Source of the DNA: Gemmatimonadota bacterium
GTDB taxonomy: Bacteria; Gemmatimonadota; Gemmatimonadetes; Palauibacterales; Palauibacteraceae
Direction of reading: 5' to 3'
Assembly (NCBI GenBank): GCA_963666735.1
Contig: OY762926.1
Coordinates: 1,344,001 to 1,408,000 of the forward strand
DNA length: 64,000 bases
The notes beneath the pieces were generated by a model that saw only the letters and a program-made list of their open reading frames with translations, was not told where the DNA came from and did no database searches. Both the position numbers and the translations under genes were made by a program. The first letter of the stretch is position 1. Every line of letters starts with the position of its first letter. Positions 58,051-64,000 of this stretch are shown here, piece after piece.

Positions 58051-59907
58051 CTACTCGACCGTCACGGTCTTCGCGAGGTTCCGGGGACGATCCACGTCGC
58101 AGCCCCGCAGGACCGCGATATGATAGGCGAGAAGCTGGAGCGGAACGACGTTGACGATCGGTTGCAGGAGAGGCAGCGTCGCGGGCACCGGGATCAGGTG
58201 ATCCACCTTCCGGGCGAGTTCGGTCTCCCGGCGGGTCACGAGCGCGATCACGCGGCCGCCGCGCGTCCTAACCTCCTCGATGTTCACGAGCACCTTCGAG
58301 TAGACGGCGCCGCGCGGAGCCATGAAGACGACGGGCATGTCCTCGTCGATGAGCGCGATCGGGCCGTGCTTCATCTCGGCCGCCGGGTATCCCTCGGCAT
58401 GGATGTAGGAGATCTCCTTCAGCTTGAGCGCCCCCTCGAGGGCGATCGGGAAATTCGGGCCCCGCCCCAGATAGAGGAAGTTGCGAGCAGGGGCGAACTC
58501 CTCCGCCAGCCTCCGGATGTGGTCCTCCGTCGCCAGAACTTCCTCGATGAGGGCGGAAAGCCCGTCGAGGGCGCGCACGAAGCCGCGGCCCTCCTCGCGG
58601 CTCATCCCGCGCCGCCTCGCCATCATGAGGCCGAGGAGCGCGAGGGAGACAACCTGCGCCACGAAGGCCTTCGTGGACGCGACGCCGATTTCCGGACCGG
58701 CGTGCGTGTAGATTCCGGCGCGCGTCTCCCGCGCGATCGTCGAGCCCACCGCGTTGACGACGCCGAAGGTGGGGGCCCCCAGCCGTCCGGCTTCCCGCAC
58801 GGCCGCGAGCGTATCCGCCGTCTCTCCGGACTGCGAGATGCCGCCCACCAGCGTCCCCGGGGCGATGATCGGGTTCCGGTACCGGAACTCGGAGGCGTAC
58901 TCCACTTCGACCGGGAGGCGCGCGAGTGCCTCGATGAGGTATTCTCCGACGAGCGCGGCATGCCAACTCGTTCCGCACCCGGTGAGGACGATGCGCTCGG
59001 CCCCGTCGAGCTCCGGGCGGAACTCGTCGAGCCCGCCCAGCCGAGCCGTGCCTTCCTTCGCCAGCAGCCGCCCCCGCATCGCATCGCGCACGGTGTGCGG
59101 CTGTTCATGAATCTCGCGGAGCATGAAGTGGGGGTATCCCGCCTTTTCGATCTTCTCCAGGTCCCAGTCGACGCGGCTGACTTCCTTCGGGACGGGCTCC
59201 CATCCGACGCGGCCGCGGTCTCTCCCGACATCGATGGTCTGGCGCCCCGACGACGTGAGGACGGCCATTTCGTCGTCCTCCAGGTACACGATGTCGCGGG
59301 TGTGTTCGAGAACCGCCGCCACGTCCGAAGCCACCCAGGTCGCTTCTTCGTCCGTCTCTCCGATCCCGAGCAGCAGGGGGGCGCCGCGGCGGGCGACGAC
59401 GATGCGCGCGGGGTCGTGCACGCTCATGACCGCAAGCCCCAGCGTGCCCTCCACCTGGGTCAGTGCGGCGGCGACGGCGCGTTCCAGGTTCCCCTCGAAC
59501 GCTTCCTCGATCAGGTGCGCCACGACCTCGGTATCGGTCTCCGACGTGAAGCGGTGGCCGAGTTCCGAGAGCTTGGTTCGCAGTGCGTCGCAGTTCTCGA
59601 TCACACCGTTGTGGACCAGCGCCACGTCGCCGCGGCAGTCCGTCAACGGGTGGGCATTGGCGCGGGTGGGCGCGCCGTGCGTCGCCCAGCGAGTGTGAGC
59701 GATGCCGGCCCTTCCGGAAGGCGGGACTTCGCCGAGCCGCTCCGCCAGGTCGTCGACGCGGCCCGCGCACTTATGAAGATCGAGCCCCGAACCGGTGTGG
59801 ACGGCGAGGCCCGCCGAGTCGTACCCGCGGTATTCGAGGCGGCGGAGTCCGTTCAGAAGAAGGGGGGCCGCCTCCCCTCCACCGACGTATCCTATGATGC
59901 CGCACAT
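58051..59907 (-). CDS. glmS: Glutamine--fructose-6-phosphate aminotransferase
   Basis: MCGIIGY, LEYRGYDSAG, HTRWATHG, SQSGETADT, PRNLAKTVTVE. Confidence 0.98.
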   Translation of the reverse strand: MCGIIGYVGGGEAAPLLLNGLRRLEYRGYDSAGLAVHTGSGLDLHKCAGRVDDLAERLGEVPPSGRAGIAHTRWATHGAPTRANAHPLTDCRGDVALVHNGVIENCDALRTKLSELGHRFTSETDTEVVAHLIEEAFEGNLERAVAAALTQVEGTLGLAVMSVHDPARIVVARRGAPLLLGIGETDEEATWVASDVAAVLEHTRDIVYLEDDEMAVLTSSGRQTIDVGRDRGRVGWEPVPKEVSRVDWDLEKIEKAGYPHFMLREIHEQPHTVRDAMRGRLLAKEGTARLGGLDEFRPELDGAERIVLTGCGTSWHAALVGEYLIEALARLPVEVEYASEFRYRNPIIAPGTLVGGISQSGETADTLAAVREAGRLGAPTFGVVNAVGSTIARETRAGIYTHAGPEIGVASTKAFVAQVVSLALLGLMMARRRGMSREEGRGFVRALDGLSALIEEVLATEDHIRRLAEEFAPARNFLYLGRGPNFPIALEGALKLKEISYIHAEGYPAAEMKHGPIALIDEDMPVVFMAPRGAVYSKVLVNIEEVRTRGGRVIALVTRRETELARKVDHLIPVPATLPLLQPIVNVVPLQLLAYHIAVLRGCDVDRPRNLAKTVTVE

Positions 59908-59914
59908 TCGCCGA

Positions 59915-61300
59915 TCAGACCCCGCGTCGTACCAGGGCGTCGATCCAGTCCGCGCGTTCGCCCGCCAGTTCCTCCCCGGGTGCCTCCGCCATGATGCGGA
60001 AGATCGGCTCGGTCCCGGACGGTCTGGCGTGGATCCACGACCCATCCGGCCACTCGAGCCTGATCCCGTCCTGCCGGTCCATCTCCGCTTCGGACGGGGC
60101 CGCGGCCGCGATCGCGGCGAGCGACTCCTCCATGCCCAGTCCTTCCCGGGAGATCGTGCGCTTCACGATCCGGTACGAGGCACGCTCGCCGACGACGGCG
60201 CCGAGCGTGGAACGGCTCTCCGCGAGGAACTGCAGGATCAGGGCGGCGGCCAGCGGGGCGTCCCGCGTGAGGTGGAGTCCCCCGTAGATGACGCCGCCGT
60301 TTCCCTCTCCCCCGATCGAACTCCCCACCTCGAGCATGCGGGCGACGACGTTGGCCTCCGCTACCGGCGTGCGGATCAGCGGTACGCCGACGCGATCCGC
60401 CGCGTCCTGTATCAGGCGGCTCGCGGAGAGGTTCGTCACGACGGGCGCGGGCTCGCGCGCGGCGACGAGTTCGACGGCCAGCGCCAGCGTCCAGTCTTCG
60501 CCCACGGGACGCCCGTTCTCATCCACGAGGGCAAGCCGGTCGACATCGGGATCCACGGCGAAACCGATGTCCGCGCGCACCTCCGTGACACATTCGGAGA
60601 GCTTTCCGAGGTTCTCCACAAGAGGCTCGGGCGGGCGGGGGAAGCGGCCGTCCGGTTCGAGATCGAGCCCGCTCACCCGGCAGCCGAGACGCTCGAGCAG
60701 CGGGAGCATGATCGGCCCCCCGGCGCCGCGCACACAGTCGAGTGCCACGTGGAACGCGTGCGACGCGATGAGTTCGCGGTCGATGATCGGCAGCGACAGA
60801 ATCCGCTCGACGTGGGCGCGGCCGGCGCCTTCCCGCGCGCTTCGGTCTCCCATGCGCGCGGACGCTGCGTATTCGATGGAGTCGATCTCTCCCTCGAACC
60901 TTCGCTGGACATCCCGTCCGGCCGGCGGCGAGAGAAACCGCCCCTCGCGCGCCACCAGCTTGAGCCCGTTCCACGGCGCGGGGTTATGGGAGGCCGTGAC
61001 GAGGAGTCCGCCCACCGCCGCCTCGTCCTCCTCCACGGCGAGGAGACCCGTGGGCGTCGCCACGATCCCGAGGTCGCACACATCCAGCCCGGCGGCCCGA
61101 ACCCCCGCCGCCACGGCGTCGAGCAGCACCGGCCCGGAGACGCGGCTGTCGCGGCCGATCAGGACATGCCCCCGGCCGGGAGCCCCGGCGGCGATGTGGG
61201 TGGCGAAGGCCGCGCCGTAGCGGGCGGCGATGTCGGGCGTGAGCCCTCGTCCCACGATGCCGCGAATGCCTGAGGCAGAAACGATGAGCGACCTTGACAC
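59915..61300 (-). CDS. glmM: Phosphoglucosamine mutase (alpha-D-phosphohexomutase)
   Basis: SGIRG, TASHNP, DPDVDR, GGEGNGG, RPSGTEP; adjacent to glmS. Confidence 0.85.
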   Translation of the reverse strand: MSRSLIVSASGIRGIVGRGLTPDIAARYGAAFATHIAAGAPGRGHVLIGRDSRVSGPVLLDAVAAGVRAAGLDVCDLGIVATPTGLLAVEEDEAAVGGLLVTASHNPAPWNGLKLVAREGRFLSPPAGRDVQRRFEGEIDSIEYAASARMGDRSAREGAGRAHVERILSLPIIDRELIASHAFHVALDCVRGAGGPIMLPLLERLGCRVSGLDLEPDGRFPRPPEPLVENLGKLSECVTEVRADIGFAVDPDVDRLALVDENGRPVGEDWTLALAVELVAAREPAPVVTNLSASRLIQDAADRVGVPLIRTPVAEANVVARMLEVGSSIGGEGNGGVIYGGLHLTRDAPLAAALILQFLAESRSTLGAVVGERASYRIVKRTISREGLGMEESLAAIAAAAPSEAEMDRQDGIRLEWPDGSWIHARPSGTEPIFRIMAEAPGEELAGERADWIDALVRRGV

Positions 61301-61498
61301 GCTGCGTTCTCCAAGTTTTCCGGCGGGATCGAATCTGCCGACCGTGAGACGGACGCGGGATCTTAATGGTTGGGCGTCCGCGCGGCTTGCGGCGGCCTCT
61401 CCGGTCGCCCTCCCCTCGCGGCGGGAATACCTTGCGCGCTCGACCGCGATGCGTCGTGCCACGCGTCGTCTGCCTCTACCCGAGCCGGAGATGAAGAC

Positions 61499-62659
61499 GT
61501 GGACCCAGCCGCCCGACGGTTCGGAACCCGGGCCATTCACGCCGGGCAGCGCCCCGATCCCGCGACCGGGGCGATCATGATGCCGATCTTCCAGACATCG
61601 ACCTACGTCCAGGACGCCGTCGGTTCGCCGCGCGACGGTTACGACTACGCGCGGGTCAGGAACCCCACGCGCGACGCCCTCCAGGCGAATCTGGCCGCTC
61701 TCGAGAACGGGCGGTACGGCGCGGCGTTCTCCTCGGGTCTCGCCGCGACCGAAGCCATCGTCAAGACGGTGCTCAACGCGGGCGACCACCTCATCTGCGG
61801 CGCGGATGTCTACGGGGGCGTCGATCGCATGCTGCGCCACGTGTGGGAGCGGTTCGGAGTCGACTTCGATTTCGTGAACACGGGGGATCTCGATCAGGTT
61901 CGCGCCGCGATCCGCCCGGAGACGCGTCTCATCCACGTCGAGACGCCGAGCAATCCGACGATGACGATCACGGATATCGCGGCGTGCGCCGCGGTCGCTC
62001 ACGAGGCGGAGGCCGTATTGTCCGTCGACAACACCTTTGCGACGCCCTTTCTCCAGCGTCCGCTCGACGATGGCGCGGATGTCGTGATGCACTCGACGAC
62101 GAAGTTCCTCAACGGTCACAGCGACATGATCGGCGGCGCGCTGCTCACGAACTCCGAAAAACTCGCCGAGGGTTTTCACTTTCAACAGAAGACGAGCGGA
62201 GCCATCCCGGGTCCCTTCGACTGCTGGCTCGTCCTGCGCGGCACGAAGACGCTGCACCTGCGCATGCCGGCCCACTGCCGCAACGCGCAGCGGGTCGTCG
62301 ATGTCCTGCAGGGGCACGACGAAGTCGAAGCCGTGCGCTATCCCGGGCTCGAGAGCCATCCGCAGCACGCCCTGGCCGGGCGCCAGATGCGCGACTTCGG
62401 CTCGATGGTGAGCTTCGACCTGGGCACGGAGGAACGGGCCAACCGCTTCGCCGGACTCACGGAAGTGTTCCAGCTGGCCGAGAGTCTGGGCGGGGTCGAG
62501 AGTCTCGTATCCATTCCCTTTTCGATGACCCACGCTTCGGTACCTGACGAAAAGAAGCGGGAGATCGGGCTGGGGCCTGGACTCGTCCGACTGTCGGTGG
62601 GCGTGGAAGACGCTGACGATCTTGCGGAAGACATCGAGCAGGCCCTCGCCCGTCTCTGA
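61499..62659 (+). CDS. Cystathionine gamma-synthase/lyase (Cys/Met metabolism PLP enzyme)
   Basis: [56 protein letters not shown] start after GGAG. Confidence 0.92.
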   Translation: MDPAARRFGTRAIHAGQRPDPATGAIMMPIFQTSTYVQDAVGSPRDGYDYARVRNPTRDALQANLAALENGRYGAAFSSGLAATEAIVKTVLNAGDHLICGADVYGGVDRMLRHVWERFGVDFDFVNTGDLDQVRAAIRPETRLIHVETPSNPTMTITDIAACAAVAHEAEAVLSVDNTFATPFLQRPLDDGADVVMHSTTKFLNGHSDMIGGALLTNSEKLAEGFHFQQKTSGAIPGPFDCWLVLRGTKTLHLRMPAHCRNAQRVVDVLQGHDEVEAVRYPGLESHPQHALAGRQMRDFGSMVSFDLGTEERANRFAGLTEVFQLAESLGGVESLVSIPFSMTHASVPDEKKREIGLGPGLVRLSVGVEDADDLAEDIEQALARL

Positions 62660-62714
62660 GCGGCGGGGAACGCGGTGCCGCAGTCTCGACCGTCGAAACA
62701 GCGAAACAGGGAGT

Positions 62715-62741
62715 TGAAACAGGGAATCGGGGCCGGACGTA
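62715..62741 (+). promoter_or_regulatory. Putative ECF-sigma promoter
   Basis: TGAAAC-17 nt-CGTA upstream of the M48 peptidase. Confidence 0.45.
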
Positions 62742-62819
62742 AGGCCGGGAGCGCGGAAGCCGGTCCCGCGAATCGGCCGGCTCACATGAGCGCGACTTGA
62801 CGCGCAAGGGGGGGGATTG

Positions 62820-63809
62820 ATGTCGGCAGGCGACGAACACCAGAGACGGATCCTCACACAGATCGCCGCGGTCTCGTGGGAACACCCGGCGGACCGGGCG
62901 GCACTGAATGCGCTCCGCAGGATTCCGGGGTTCGACCTCGCCCTGCGAAAGATCCTCGCGCTGTTCGGGGAGCGCGCGCTCCGGCTGGCCTTCAAGGCGA
63001 ACGCGGTGCGCACGTCGGAGACGCAGTACGCCTGGATTCACGCGCGTCTCGCCCGCGTCTGTGAAGTGCTCGACGTGGAGAAGCCGCCGGAGTGCTACAT
63101 CTCGCAGACGCCGATCGTGAACGCGGGAGCGGTCGGCTTCGGCGAACCGTTCATCGTCCTCAATTCCTCCATGCTCGAGATTCTCTCCGAGGATGAGGTC
63201 GAGAGCGTGCTCGGTCACGAGGTCGGACACATCCTGTCCGGTCATGTGCTCTACCGGACCCTGCTGATCCTGATTCTCAACCTGGTGATTCTCCGATACA
63301 CGCTCGCGGGGTTGGCGCTGCGGCCGATTCTCATGGCCCTCATGGAGTGGTACCGGAAGAGCGAACTCTCGTCGGACCGGGCCGGGCTCCTCGCGGTGCA
63401 GAATCCGCGGGTCGCGATGTCCGCGCTGATGCAGCTTGCGGGCGGCGGGCGGGGCGTCACCCTCAACCTGGACGAGTTCATCGCGCAGTCCGACGAATAC
63501 CGGGCCGGCGGCGATCTCCTCGACGCCGTCTACAAGGTGCTCAACGTGCTCGGCCAGACCCATCCGTTCGCCGTGATCCGCGTGGCCGAACTGCGCGACT
63601 GGATCGAGAGCGGCGAGTACGACCGCATTCTGGCGGGCGAATACCAGCACCGGGACGAGAACGACGACCGCCCGTATCGCGAGGATCTTCGCGACGCGGC
63701 GAAGGGCTATCAGGACGGCGCGCGCGAACTCTTCGACGAGGTCGACGCTGCGGTGGATCGATTGCGGGATCGGCTGACCGGCGCCTTCAAGGGACGCTCG
63801 GAAGACTAG
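62820..63809 (+). CDS. M48-family zinc metallopeptidase
   Basis: GHEVGH (HEXXH), ELSSDRAG, THP. Confidence 0.92.
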   Translation: MSAGDEHQRRILTQIAAVSWEHPADRAALNALRRIPGFDLALRKILALFGERALRLAFKANAVRTSETQYAWIHARLARVCEVLDVEKPPECYISQTPIVNAGAVGFGEPFIVLNSSMLEILSEDEVESVLGHEVGHILSGHVLYRTLLILILNLVILRYTLAGLALRPILMALMEWYRKSELSSDRAGLLAVQNPRVAMSALMQLAGGGRGVTLNLDEFIAQSDEYRAGGDLLDAVYKVLNVLGQTHPFAVIRVAELRDWIESGEYDRILAGEYQHRDENDDRPYREDLRDAAKGYQDGARELFDEVDAAVDRLRDRLTGAFKGRSED

Positions 63810-63863
63810 GAGCCCGCGGCAAAAGCCGTTGCCGGAGCGCGGCCGGCACGTCATCCTCCCGCC

Positions 63864-64000
63864 ATGAAACTCCTCATCATCGGCAGCGGCGGCCGGGAGC
63901 ACGCCTTCACGGACTGCCTACGCCGCGACGCACCGGACGCCAGAATCTACGCGGCCCCCGGCAACCCGGGCATGCTGGGCAGGGCGGAACTCGTCGACAT
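63864..64000 (+). CDS. purD: Phosphoribosylamine--glycine ligase, 3'-truncated by window edge
   Basis: Manual translation MKLLIIGSGGREHA...YAAPGNPGM. Confidence 0.9.
   Translation, partial: MKLLIIGSGGREHAFTDCLRRDAPDARIYAAPGNPGMLGRAELVD

Noticed and set aside
59908..59914. glmS ribozyme upstream of glmS
   Set aside because: Only 7 nt separate glmM and glmS.
61301..61498. SAM riboswitch or T-box upstream of the Cys/Met enzyme
   Set aside because: I could not recognise conserved SAM-I/II or T-box motifs or a terminator. An Infernal/Rfam search would settle it.
59915..63013. 1032-aa ORF suggesting an N-terminally extended GlmM
   Set aside because: The upstream ~570 aa are the antisense shadow of the cystathionine lyase gene and its flanks. 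Mutase homology begins near 61300.

Overview
This is a very GC-rich bacterial chromosome segment, consisting almost entirely of core genes. A Gemmatimonadota/FCB-type lineage is my inference from the style of the SecA and RpoB insertions and the gene order; it is not verified. From about 4.1 kb to 61.3 kb every real gene is on the minus strand. In transcription order they are: glmM-glmS-ykvA-like-hypothetical-cysS, tRNA-Thr(UGU), tRNA-Tyr(GUA), tuf-rpmG-secE-nusG-rplKAJL-rpoBC, rpsLG-fusA-tuf, the complete S10/spc/alpha ribosomal cluster, an unknown membrane protein, rpmB, hemD-hemB, three nucleotide-sugar enzyme genes and a GT2, a TPR lipoprotein, bamD, nadD, secA, a cupredoxin-like lipoprotein, a PLP aminotransferase, a Tat-signal SDR, a RelE-type toxin-antitoxin pair and a DmdA-like GcvT-family gene. 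Plus-strand genes lie only at the ends: a BNR/VPS10-type beta-propeller protein (partial) and a dimethylglycine dehydrogenase-like protein on the left; a cystathionine gamma-synthase/lyase, an M48 peptidase and the start of purD on the right. I found no CRISPR array, prophage, IS element or rRNA, and no clearly new multi-gene system. The best leads are: (i) a CX2CX2C-X27-C-X5-C insert in the SecA variable subdomain; (ii) two tuf copies differing at one base and carrying a G/T-skewed codon signature unlike their neighbours; (iii) a terminator inside the rpsL 5' leader downstream of a near-consensus promoter; (iv) an unknown membrane protein gene inside the ribosomal cluster and an insertion in L23; (v) a perfect 26-bp operator palindrome over the TA promoter.
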